Positions 13,257 to 22,618 of a DNA stretch of 64,000 nucleotides are shown in pieces; the first letter of the stretch is position 1; the number at the start of each line of letters is the position of its first letter. The DNA comes from an uncultured Oscillibacter sp. (GTDB taxonomy: Bacteria; Bacillota; Clostridia; Oscillospirales; Oscillospiraceae), in assembly GCA_910584075.1 (NCBI GenBank), contig CAJTZI010000005.1, positions 958 to 64,957 of the forward strand. The letters run 5' to 3'. A program made the translations under genes and the position numbers. The notes under the pieces are model-generated. The model worked only from the letters and a program-made list of their open reading frames with translations, was not told the DNA's origin and searched no databases.

Positions 13257-15797
13257 ATGAAGCGATCCCCTGGAGCCGGTCCGCGCATTCTGTCTCTTGT
13301 ACTGGCTGGAGCACTGACCGCCGCCCCGGCCTTTCCCACGGCGGCCGCGGCGGACCCCAACGGTGACGGCGTATCCCCCGTCTGCGACGAGGCCTACTAC
13401 GCCACGCTGGACTACTACGGCAATCTGACAGAGGGCAGCGTAGTGAAGAGCTACACCCTCAACGGCGCCTCAAGCCTGACAGACCGCGGCGTCTACGACC
13501 AGGTGGTAAACCTCACCGATGGCACCATCCCGGTAATCCGGGAGGGTGTCACGGAGTTCCGGTTCGACCAAGCCCCCGCCCACTTCTATTTTGAGGGCAA
13601 GACGGCGGAGCCCTTTCAAAACCTGCCTTGGACTCTCTCCATCTCTTACAGGCTCAATGGCGTGGCTGTCCGGGCGGAGGACCTGGCGGGCAAGACCGGC
13701 GTGGTGGAGATCACCGTGGACGCCATCCCCAACGAGACTGCCAGTGACTACGCCCGATACAACTACACCCTGGAGGCCATGGCCATGTTTAACCAGGACG
13801 ACATCCTGTCCCTGGAGGCCCCGGGCGCCCAGGTGCAGCTGATCGGCAACCTGCGGGCGGTGCTGTTTATCGCCCTGCCGGGAGAGGAACAGCATTTCGT
13901 AATCCGGGTGGGGGCGGAGGACTTCGCCTTCTCCGGCATGACCTTCCTGATGGTCCCCGCCACCCTCAGCCAACTGGAGGAGATCGCCAAACTGTCCCAG
14001 CGCAAGGACGAGCTGGAGGAGGACTACGACGCGCTCTCCGGGAGTCTTGACACACTTCTGGACTCCTTCACAGACCTCAGCGGCAGCCTGCGGGACACTG
14101 CCAACGGCCTGGATGAGCTGAACCGGGCCCGGAACACCATCTCTGCCGGCAAGGACCAGATCTACCAGGACGGTGACAGAGTTCTGGCGGATCTGGAGCG
14201 GCTGAGCGGCTCTCTAAACACGCTCCCCGGCCATCTCACCGGCACCGGTGACGCCGTAGACGACGTCACCGGCGCCCTCTCCGGCGTGGCGGACGCCGCC
14301 GTAAGCCTGCGGGGCAGCCTGGACGATGTGAACGGCAGTCTCCGGGACCTGCAAAGGGATATTCGGGACATCCGCAGCGGCAATGGCAGCATGGAGGACA
14401 GTCTGGACCAACTGGCAGCGGATCTGAAGGCCCTTCAGGACAATCTCCAGGAGCTGGAAACCCTGCTGAAGGCCCTGGACATCCAGATCAGCGGCGGGAT
14501 CATCTCCGAAATCCCGGAAAATATCCAACAACATATCAAGGTTCAGGGACAAAAGCTCTCAGACATCCTGACCCAGGTCCAGGAACTGGAGACCGTCTGG
14601 GCCGGTACAGCAGCGGGGGCAGAGACCATCGCGTACCCCCAGTTTCAGATCGCCGCTCTGCTGGCCTCCAAGTCCGCCGCCAGCACGGCGGAGGCCCAGG
14701 CCCTGCTGGGTCAGGTGCAGGCCGTGGACAGCGCCATCACCCAGATACAGACACTGATGCCCGGACTGACAGCGGAGCAGGCTCTTCAGCACTTGGTAAC
14801 CGCAGGCAGTCTGACCCAGGACCAAGCGGGGGCATACGCTTCCGCAAAGCCAAAATTGGTCCTGATGGAGCAGGTCTACGCCGCCGTCACCGGCGGCGCG
14901 GACCGCCCCATGGACAAGGCGGGCTTTTTCACCGCCATGCTGATACTCAGTGACATCAACAGGCTCCCGGCAGACCAGCAGACGCCGGAGAACATCGCCA
15001 AGATCCTCTCCAAAAAGGCTCTGTATGCCCAGACCGGAAAAACCCTGGCCCATCTGAACCAGGACCATGACACCACCAGGCTCACCGGCCTTCTGGAAAA
15101 TCTGGAGCGGCTGCTACGCCACCTGGGTGGAGACGGCCTTACCGGGGAGCTGGGCAGTCTTGTGGGAAAGACGGACACCACTCTGGGCCATCTGGATGGC
15201 CTGGCGGAAGCGGGCCGGGACATTCTGAACCAGGTGGACGGTCTCCTGACAGAGATCCGGGACCTGGATGACGCCGTCAACCGCCGCGTCCCCGGCCTCC
15301 ACGACACCCTGGAGGACACCCGGACTCTTGTGGAGGACATGGTAGTTGCTGTGGACGACACCACTGGCTTTCTCACCTCCTTCCGCCATCTGTCCAGAGA
15401 ATCCGGCACTCAGCTAGACACCGGTGCTCAGGAGAGCCTGACCGGTCTGGCCGCGGCGCTGCGGAAAACCGCTGGCAGCGCGGACGCCGCCGGCGGCGTC
15501 CGGGAGGCCAAGGAGAAAATTGACGAGATCATTGAAGACACCTGGACAGAGTACACCGGACAGGTGAACAATCTCCTGCTGATGGACGCCGGAGCTCCGG
15601 CGGTCTCCCTGACCTCAGAGGAGAACCCCGCCCCCGTCAGTGTGCAGGTGCTTATCCGCTCCCAGGAGATCAAGGCGGAGGACTCTTCCCTGACGGTCTC
15701 CGCCGAGTCCCAGACCCCGGAAACCACATTCTGGGACCGGGTCACCCAGATGTTCCGGGACTTCTGGTCCGCTGTCACGGGAATTTTCCAAAAGTAA
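13257..15797 (+). CDS. Large exported coiled-coil protein, MMPL-associated, function unknown
   Basis: Signal peptide ending AAAA-D, beta-rich N-domain, long heptad-like helices, C-terminal FWDRVTQMFRDFW amphipathic tail. Confidence 0.8.
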   Translation: MKRSPGAGPRILSLVLAGALTAAPAFPTAAAADPNGDGVSPVCDEAYYATLDYYGNLTEGSVVKSYTLNGASSLTDRGVYDQVVNLTDGTIPVIREGVTEFRFDQAPAHFYFEGKTAEPFQNLPWTLSISYRLNGVAVRAEDLAGKTGVVEITVDAIPNETASDYARYNYTLEAMAMFNQDDILSLEAPGAQVQLIGNLRAVLFIALPGEEQHFVIRVGAEDFAFSGMTFLMVPATLSQLEEIAKLSQRKDELEEDYDALSGSLDTLLDSFTDLSGSLRDTANGLDELNRARNTISAGKDQIYQDGDRVLADLERLSGSLNTLPGHLTGTGDAVDDVTGALSGVADAAVSLRGSLDDVNGSLRDLQRDIRDIRSGNGSMEDSLDQLAADLKALQDNLQELETLLKALDIQISGGIISEIPENIQQHIKVQGQKLSDILTQVQELETVWAGTAAGAETIAYPQFQIAALLASKSAASTAEAQALLGQVQAVDSAITQIQTLMPGLTAEQALQHLVTAGSLTQDQAGAYASAKPKLVLMEQVYAAVTGGADRPMDKAGFFTAMLILSDINRLPADQQTPENIAKILSKKALYAQTGKTLAHLNQDHDTTRLTGLLENLERLLRHLGGDGLTGELGSLVGKTDTTLGHLDGLAEAGRDILNQVDGLLTEIRDLDDAVNRRVPGLHDTLEDTRTLVEDMVVAVDDTTGFLTSFRHLSRESGTQLDTGAQESLTGLAAALRKTAGSADAAGGVREAKEKIDEIIEDTWTEYTGQVNNLLLMDAGAPAVSLTSEENPAPVSVQVLIRSQEIKAEDSSLTVSAESQTPETTFWDRVTQMFRDFWSAVTGIFQK

Positions 15798-15828
15798 CGC
15801 AAGAACTGAGAATGGACGGTGTTTTCCT

Positions 15829-17931
15829 TTGCTTGACCGAATTGCCCACCTTCTGACCCGGAAACCGAAGCTGGTGGCCCTGATCGACGCAGCCATGCTG
15901 ATCCCCTCCGCCCTGGGATACCTGGGCACCCGGGTTAACTACGATATCCTCACCTACCTGCCCCAGGATCTGGAGTCCTCCCAGGGAGAGCGGCTGCTGG
16001 AGGAGCCCTTTCACATGGCCGCCACCAGCATGCTCATCGTGGAGGGGATGCCCGCCGCCTACACCAACGACCTGATCAACGCCATCAAGGACGTGCCCAG
16101 CGTCTCCAACGCCGTATGGCTGTCCAACGCCGTAGGCATCCAGATCCCCATCGACTTCATCCCCGTGAACCTGCGGGAGATGTTTTACGCCGGGGACGCC
16201 ACCATGATGATCATTCAGTACGACAAATCTGGCGCGGACCAGGAGACCATGGAGGCCATTGACGCCATCCGGGCTATCTGTAATGAGAAGTGCTTCCTGG
16301 CCGGCTTCTCTGTGGTCATCAAAGACACCAAGGACCTGGTGGACCGGGAGCTGCCCGTCTATGTGGGGCTGGCGGTGATTTTGTCCCTGGCAGCCATGTC
16401 CCTGACCATGGAGTCCGTGGTGCTGCCTTTTGTGTTTCTCACCAGCATCGGCATGGCCATTGTCTACAACTTCGGCACCAACATCTTTCTGGGGGAGATC
16501 TCCTACATCACCCAGGCCATTGCCGCCGTTTTACAGCTGGGCGTCACCATGGACTACTCCATCTTTCTTTACCACCGCTACAAGGAGGAGCAGTCCCGCT
16601 GGGACGACAAGCGGGACGCCATGGCAAAGGCCATCGCGGCGGCTTTCACCTCCCTCTCCGGCTCCAGCCTCACCACCATCGCAGGCTTCCTGGCCCTGTG
16701 CTTCATGCGGCTGACCCTGGGCCGGGACATCGGCATCGTCATGGCAAAGGGCGTGGTGCTGGGTGTGGCCACTGTGGTGCTGGTGCTGCCCGCCCTGCTG
16801 CTGCTCTTCGACAAGCAGATCGAAAAGCACACCCACAAGAGCCTCCTGCCAAACTTCTCCAAGCTCAACCACGCGGTCATCCGCCGCCGGAGATGGATGA
16901 TGGCCCTGTTTCTGATTCTCTTTCTCCCGGCCCTGTACGCCCAGTCCCACACCGGGGTCTACTATAAGCTGGACGAGGCCCTGCCCCAGGACATGGCCTC
17001 CATCGTGGCTAACAACAAGCTCAAAGACGAGTTTGACATGGCCGGGTCCCATTTCATTCTCCTGCGGGACGACATTCCCGCCACGGACATGAACCGGCTG
17101 GAGTCCTCCATCCGGGAGATCGACGGCATCACCTCCGTTCTCTCCTACCATGCTATGCTGGGCTCCGGCATCCCGGACTTCTTCATCCCGGAGGAGGTAC
17201 GGAATATGCTCAAGCAGGGGGGGTGGCAGCTGCTGATGGTGAACTCCGAGTACGCCACCGCCTCCGATGAGGTATCCGCCCAGCTCAAAACGCTGAATGC
17301 CCTTGTAAAACAGTATGACCCGGAGGCCCTGATCACCGGCGAGGCCGCCCTTACCGACGATCTGATCACAACCTCCGCCGTGGACTTCCAGGTCACCAAC
17401 TACATCTCCATCGGCGCCATTTTGCTGATCGTGGCCTGGGTGTTCCGCTCCCTCTCCATGCCGGTGGTGCTGGTGGCGGCCATAGAGCTGGCCATCTTCA
17501 TCAACCAGGGAATCCCCTACTTCACCGACACCGTGATCCCCTTTGTCTCCCCCACCATCATCGGCTGCGTACAGCTGGGCGCCACAGTGGACTACGCCAT
17601 ATTGCTGGCCACCCGGTTCCGGGAGGAGCTTCAAAACGGCAAGTCCTCCGTGGAGGCCATGGAGATCGCCGCCACCGCCTCCGACGGCTCCATTATTACC
17701 AGCTCCCTGGTGATGTTCTGCGCCACACTGGGCGTGGGCCTGATCTCGGAGATCGAGATCATCAGCTCCATCTGCGTCATGCTGGCCCGGGGTGCGCTGA
17801 TCTCGGCGGTGATGAGCATGTTCCTGATGCCCTCCATCCTGTGCGTGTGTGAGCCGCTGATCCACAAAACCAGCCTCCACTGGCGCAGTGCAAAGGCAGA
17901 AAAGGTCCGGGTTCCCGCTGGGAACACGTGA
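15829..17931 (+). CDS. MMPL/RND-family transporter
   Basis: Two halves carrying LGVTMDYSIFL and LGATVDYAILL; about 12 TM; TTG start. Confidence 0.92.
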   Translation: MLDRIAHLLTRKPKLVALIDAAMLIPSALGYLGTRVNYDILTYLPQDLESSQGERLLEEPFHMAATSMLIVEGMPAAYTNDLINAIKDVPSVSNAVWLSNAVGIQIPIDFIPVNLREMFYAGDATMMIIQYDKSGADQETMEAIDAIRAICNEKCFLAGFSVVIKDTKDLVDRELPVYVGLAVILSLAAMSLTMESVVLPFVFLTSIGMAIVYNFGTNIFLGEISYITQAIAAVLQLGVTMDYSIFLYHRYKEEQSRWDDKRDAMAKAIAAAFTSLSGSSLTTIAGFLALCFMRLTLGRDIGIVMAKGVVLGVATVVLVLPALLLLFDKQIEKHTHKSLLPNFSKLNHAVIRRRRWMMALFLILFLPALYAQSHTGVYYKLDEALPQDMASIVANNKLKDEFDMAGSHFILLRDDIPATDMNRLESSIREIDGITSVLSYHAMLGSGIPDFFIPEEVRNMLKQGGWQLLMVNSEYATASDEVSAQLKTLNALVKQYDPEALITGEAALTDDLITTSAVDFQVTNYISIGAILLIVAWVFRSLSMPVVLVAAIELAIFINQGIPYFTDTVIPFVSPTIIGCVQLGATVDYAILLATRFREELQNGKSSVEAMEIAATASDGSIITSSLVMFCATLGVGLISEIEIISSICVMLARGALISAVMSMFLMPSILCVCEPLIHKTSLHWRSAKAEKVRVPAGNT

Positions 17932-18036
17932 GACGCACTGTCGCCGTTACCGAGACCATGTTCTCCCGCGGAAGCCATTTTCTCCTGTATCCATAAAGCA
18001 GCCTAAAAGCCCGCCGCATGCTGTGCGGCGGACAGA

Positions 18037-18078
18037 CAGCGAAACGCCGCCCTTTCGGGCGGCGTTTCGCTCTGTATT
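18037..18078 (+). terminator. Terminator hairpin after the MMPL gene
   Basis: AGCGAAACGCCGCCC-TTTC-GGGCGGCGTTTCGCT. Confidence 0.7.
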
Positions 18079-18214
18079 TTCCGCAAGGCGGCGTGACAGC
18101 CGCAGGGCATCCCCATCTTCCGCCGAAAAACCGGTATTTAAACCGAAAATCCGGCCCCACAATTCCCCATAATTCCTTTATCCTTAACCTAGATCAAAAG
18201 GAGGGGAATCCCGT

Positions 18215-18550
18215 ATGAATCAATGCGGCTATTTTGCCAAAAACCTGGAAGCGATTCGAAAAATCAACAACGCAAACCTCACCGAGTTTTCGGAGGAACT
18301 GGATATTCCAAAATCGACTTTACAGGATATTCTGAAGGACGGAAACACCTCGCTCCACACCGCCCTCCACATTGCAGAACACTTGAACATCCCCCTGAGC
18401 ACACTGACGGGCGAGATGGTCCCCGTGGACAATCCGGACGTTCTGACAATTCTTTTGAGATATTTTGCGTGGTTTGACCGCCTGTCTAAGGAGGAGCAGA
18501 AAACCGTTGCAGCCCACTTCCGCTCCATTATGGAGGTGGTGCAGAAATGA
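18215..18550 (+). CDS. XRE-family HTH regulator
   Basis: LTEFSEELDIPKSTLQDI; SD AAGGAGG. Confidence 0.85.
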   Translation: MNQCGYFAKNLEAIRKINNANLTEFSEELDIPKSTLQDILKDGNTSLHTALHIAEHLNIPLSTLTGEMVPVDNPDVLTILLRYFAWFDRLSKEEQKTVAAHFRSIMEVVQK

Positions 18551-18618
18551 TCTCCGGCACGCAGCCTGTCCCACGGGCCTTATCTGTCAATGGCCGCCCC
18601 ATGGTCTGACGGCGGGGG

Positions 18619-18867
18619 GTGCGCCGCTTGTATCACTATAAAGCAGCAAAAATGAGGCCCCTGTTTTCCTCCCGTGACCTCTACGGCATTCTCGGCGCTC
18701 GGGAACAGGACGGAAGGTGGATGACAGCTGCCGTCGTCGCCCCGTTTTCCGAAGACCAGGAGGCGGTCGACAGGCTGGCTGAGCGATGTACGGCCCTTCA
18801 GCTCTGCCCGGAAAATCTGATTGACGCGGTCTCCGACTTTCTCTCTCAGACCTCTGCGGACATATAG
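18619..18867 (+). CDS. Small protein, DUF6514-like
   Basis: YGI...VAPFSEDQEAVDRLAERC..LQLCPENLIDAVSDFL pattern; family recalled, not searched. Confidence 0.6.
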   Translation: MRRLYHYKAAKMRPLFSSRDLYGILGAREQDGRWMTAAVVAPFSEDQEAVDRLAERCTALQLCPENLIDAVSDFLSQTSADI

Positions 18868-19063
18868 CGCACCGGAGCGGGCGGCTCTTCAAGAGCCGCC
18901 CGCTCCGGCCTGTTAAAAGTAAAAGCAGGAACCGTGCACAGGAAATCCTCGGGAAGAATACGAGGGACGGAATCCTCCCCCACGCACTTCCCCTCTGAAC
19001 GGAAGACATCCTCTCCTCTGATGCCGCTTTACCGGGCCCCTCTTCCCCGGCGACAGTGCTCTT

Positions 19064-19867
19064 TCAGCCCATCATCAGCTCGCAGGCAATTTTCAGCTCC
19101 TTGACCGTTTTCGCGGTGTAGCGCACCACATCGTCGCCGGCCAGCTCCACGCCGGGCAGCTGCCGGGCGGAGCGCACCGCCTGGTGGGTGGGCAGGCACA
19201 GATCCAGCACCATCGTCTCCGGCACCTGAGGAACCGGCGGTGCGCCGGCGGCCAGCTGCTTTGCCACAGCTTCCTCAATGGCCCTCTCCGCCGTTTTGGG
19301 GTGGATGTTCCAGGTGGAATTCCCCTTGCATCGCTTCACCGCCACCGTGGCAAGGCCGGGAATCTCCGCCTCCGCCATTCGGCACATGGCCTCGTCGCCG
19401 CTGAGGAACAGTGACGGAACGCCAAGGGACGCCGCGTACAGGGAATTCATGGTAAACTCAGAGGCCAGCTCTCCGTTGATTTTCGCCCACCGGATCTGCT
19501 GGTACTCGCTGGTGTGGGCCAGGGGACTGCCGTCGCTGCCGGCAGGGGCATGGTAGCCAATGTAGATTACGCCGCTGAACGTGCCGTCCAGCCCCGCCAT
19601 CATGGAGCCTGGGTGGCAGGCCCAGCCCCGCATCAGCTCGGTACCCTCCGGCAGATCCATATGACGGATGTTGCAGGCTCCGCCGTGTCCGTCCCGAACC
19701 ACCGGAAGAGCGCCTGCCGCCAGCACCGCCCGGCAGGCCGCCGCCGTCTCCCGGGTCATCTGTCCGCAGGCCTCGTCATAGCCCGCCCGGCCCGCCTCAG
19801 TCTCCGACCAGAAGGTGACGTCCGTGATTCCCTCAATATCAACACTGATAAAATACCGTTTTTTCAT
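19064..19867 (-). CDS. M55 D-aminopeptidase (DppA family)
   Basis: FISVDIEG, RDGHG, IGYHA, LAHT zinc ligands. Confidence 0.92.
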   Translation of the reverse strand: MKKRYFISVDIEGITDVTFWSETEAGRAGYDEACGQMTRETAAACRAVLAAGALPVVRDGHGGACNIRHMDLPEGTELMRGWACHPGSMMAGLDGTFSGVIYIGYHAPAGSDGSPLAHTSEYQQIRWAKINGELASEFTMNSLYAASLGVPSLFLSGDEAMCRMAEAEIPGLATVAVKRCKGNSTWNIHPKTAERAIEEAVAKQLAAGAPPVPQVPETMVLDLCLPTHQAVRSARQLPGVELAGDDVVRYTAKTVKELKIACELMMG

Positions 19868-19879
19868 GTCAGCCTCCCG

Positions 19880-20926
19880 TCAGTCCTTTTCGTATTTTTC
19901 CAAAAATTCCAGCAGGCCCATGTATTTGTTCCCACGAACGCCTACCGTGGTTTTGGCGTGATAGAGGGAGCTGATGACAGCCTCCTCCACGGCCTCCACC
20001 GTGGACTCAAACACCCAGTCGATGTTCTCGTCATAGAACATCTTCATATCCCAGATGTTCTGATCACTGTAATGGGGCTGGTTGTTGGCGGTGGTAAAGG
20101 CAATGGCAATGTCGCCGCTGCCGTTGCCGCAGTAGGAGCCCACCCTGCCCAGAGAGATCATGGCCCGCTTGGCCAGCCGCTTGAGCTGCCGCTCGTTCAG
20201 AGGCACGTCGGTGCCGATGATGATAATGACGGACCCGCTGTCCCGGAACTCCCGGCCGCACGCCTCGTTGCACTTCCGGGTGTCGATATGGCGGCCGCCG
20301 ATCACAAGATTCCCGGCCGCGCCGAAGTTGGTCATGACCAGGGCGCCGGTGGTGTAGCGCTTTCCGTCCACTTCCAGCTGTCTGGAGGCAGAGCCGATGC
20401 CGCCCTTCAGGCCCAGGCACACCATGCCGGTGCCGCCGCCCACGGCCCCCTCCTCAAAGTCCGCCGCCGCGCTCTCCACGGCCTGGAGCACGTGCTCCTC
20501 CGTGACGTGGAGGCCCCGGATATCATTGAGCCGCCCATCGTTGCACTCTGTGACCAGGCAGTTCACCGTGCCGGTTTTTACGCCGATGTCCGGGTTTTGG
20601 GCCAGCATATACTTCACCATGGCGGTGAGCGCGGTGCCGGTGCTGAGGGTGTTGGTCAGGATGATGGGCGACTCGATGGTGCCCAGCTCCTCGATCTGCA
20701 CCAGGCCGGCGCTCTTGCCGAAGCCGTTGATCACGGCCGTGCCGGCCATAACCTTCTCCTGGAAGAGATTTCTCTCATGGGGGAGAACCGCCGTGACGCC
20801 GGTGTTGACCTCTCCGTGCCGGATGGTGACCTGTCCGACCTTCACCCCGGGCACATCGGTGATCAGGTTGCGGGGCCCGCGCTTCCATCTGGAGTGAAGC
20901 TCCAGGCTCCCCTCGGGAATTCCCAT
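19880..20926 (-). CDS. DmpA/P1 (S58) aminopeptidase
   Basis: NLITDVPGVKVG, NGFGKSAG, ECND, GLKGGIGSAS, G-S autocleavage site in DSGSVII, GSGD. Confidence 0.93.
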   Translation of the reverse strand: MGIPEGSLELHSRWKRGPRNLITDVPGVKVGQVTIRHGEVNTGVTAVLPHERNLFQEKVMAGTAVINGFGKSAGLVQIEELGTIESPIILTNTLSTGTALTAMVKYMLAQNPDIGVKTGTVNCLVTECNDGRLNDIRGLHVTEEHVLQAVESAAADFEEGAVGGGTGMVCLGLKGGIGSASRQLEVDGKRYTTGALVMTNFGAAGNLVIGGRHIDTRKCNEACGREFRDSGSVIIIIGTDVPLNERQLKRLAKRAMISLGRVGSYCGNGSGDIAIAFTTANNQPHYSDQNIWDMKMFYDENIDWVFESTVEAVEEAVISSLYHAKTTVGVRGNKYMGLLEFLEKYEKD

Positions 20927-21003
20927 AGTCTGTCCTCCTCGTCTTTCAACGAAATTTATATTGGCTGCCCAGCGGCGGGATCAACGCCTGTGCGTACAGC
21001 TTC

Positions 21004-22374
21004 TCACTGCTGCACCCGCTCCTTTTTGATCTTCGCGTCGAAGATAAAGTAAACCACCGCGCCCAGGGCGGGAACCACCAGCCCAATGATGGAGGTAACA
21101 GGGTCCTCAATGAAGGTGTTGATCATGAGACCCGCAAACAGCACCACGCTGATGACAACGGTGACGGGATAGCCCCAGGCCTTGTAAGGCCGCTCCAGGT
21201 TGGGAAACTTCTTGCGGTAGATGATGACCGCAATCACAACCAGGGTGTTGAACACCATGCCGGAGAACACCACCAGGGACGTGAGCTGGTCCAGATTCCG
21301 CAGGAGGACCAGGGCGATGCAGATGATGGCCTGCCAGATCAGGGCATTGGTGGGAACTTGGTACTTTTGGGACAACTTCGCCTGACTCTTGAAGAAATGA
21401 CCCTCCACGGCCATGGCGTAGTAATAACGGGCAAAGGCGATGATCATGCCGTTGGCGGAGCCCAGCATGGCGATCAGCATAGCCGCCAGAACCAATCCGC
21501 CGCCCCATCCGCCAAAGATGCGGTTGGCCACCTCGGTACCCAGATACAGGTTGCCCTCCCCGATCATGGACACAATCTCCGCGTGTGGAATCACACGGTA
21601 GATGGCGAAATTGAACAGGACGTAGAGGACAGTGCAGGAGCCAATGCCGATAATCAGTGCGCCGGGGAGGTTCTTGCCGGGGGCCTTGATCTCCTCGGCA
21701 ACCGCGTTGGCGTTGGTCCAGCCCTCATAGGCCCACAGGGTTGCCACGGTCGCAAAGGCGATCATGCCGATGATGCCGCCGATGCCGCCGTCGTACTCCG
21801 CCGGAATCAGGCTCAGGTCAGGGGTCTGCCGTCCCATGACCAGCGCGCCGATGACGATGATGGCGATGGGGACCAGCTTGGCCACCAGGGACACATTCTG
21901 CAAAAGCGCCCCCAGCCTGATACCGAAGCAGTTATAGGCCGTCAAGGCGATGATCAGGGTGATGGCAATGATTTTGATCGTGGTCTCGGAGAAGCCGAAA
22001 TACCCCTGCAAAGCCGTAGGCAGGGCAATGGCCACCGCGGAGATGGAACCTGCGCCGCTGAGCAGCCAGCTGGTAAAACCGAACATGTAGCCTACCACAG
22101 GATGATACGCCTTGTCAAGGTACACCACCATGCCGCCTGCCGCCGGGTCGCAGGCGCCCAGTTCGGCAAAGCACAGTCCGCCCAGGATGGACACCAGTCC
22201 GCCTACAACCCAGCACAGCAGGGCCAGACCCATGCTCATGTGGGTGCGCTCCAGAACATAGGAGCCCAGGTAGAAAATGCCCGAGCCCACGACAATTCCG
22301 GCGATGATGCCGATGCCTCCAAATAGGCCCATTTCGCGTTTCAGACCAACCTGCTGTTCATTTTTCTTTTCCAT
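21004..22374 (-). CDS. APC-family amino acid permease
   Basis: GIVVGSGIF, LWAYEGW, EEIKAP, RPYKAWGYP. Confidence 0.93.
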   Translation of the reverse strand: MEKKNEQQVGLKREMGLFGGIGIIAGIVVGSGIFYLGSYVLERTHMSMGLALLCWVVGGLVSILGGLCFAELGACDPAAGGMVVYLDKAYHPVVGYMFGFTSWLLSGAGSISAVAIALPTALQGYFGFSETTIKIIAITLIIALTAYNCFGIRLGALLQNVSLVAKLVPIAIIVIGALVMGRQTPDLSLIPAEYDGGIGGIIGMIAFATVATLWAYEGWTNANAVAEEIKAPGKNLPGALIIGIGSCTVLYVLFNFAIYRVIPHAEIVSMIGEGNLYLGTEVANRIFGGWGGGLVLAAMLIAMLGSANGMIIAFARYYYAMAVEGHFFKSQAKLSQKYQVPTNALIWQAIICIALVLLRNLDQLTSLVVFSGMVFNTLVVIAVIIYRKKFPNLERPYKAWGYPVTVVISVVLFAGLMINTFIEDPVTSIIGLVVPALGAVVYFIFDAKIKKERVQQ

Positions 22375-22433
22375 AGTTTTCTCCTCTCTCAAATTTGAAA
22401 CCATTTTTGAATTCCCGCTGCAAGCAAAATAAA

Positions 22434-22449
22434 AGCAAAAATTATGCCA
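22434..22449 (-). promoter_or_regulatory. sigma54 -24/-12 promoter
   Basis: TGGCATAATTTTTGCT upstream of the permease. Confidence 0.85.
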
Positions 22450-22618
22450 CCTCTTGTCAAGGCCTGAAACCCTTACCTCGTCTGTTTCTCTCATAAATTT
22501 TCCATTTATCTCCAGATACTTTTGCGGACTAAATCTTATTTAATCTTGTTTTTATCCCATTATTTGTGTTATACTGTCTCTGCAAATGCTGATTTCGGCC
22601 GGCACGAGGTGAACAAAC

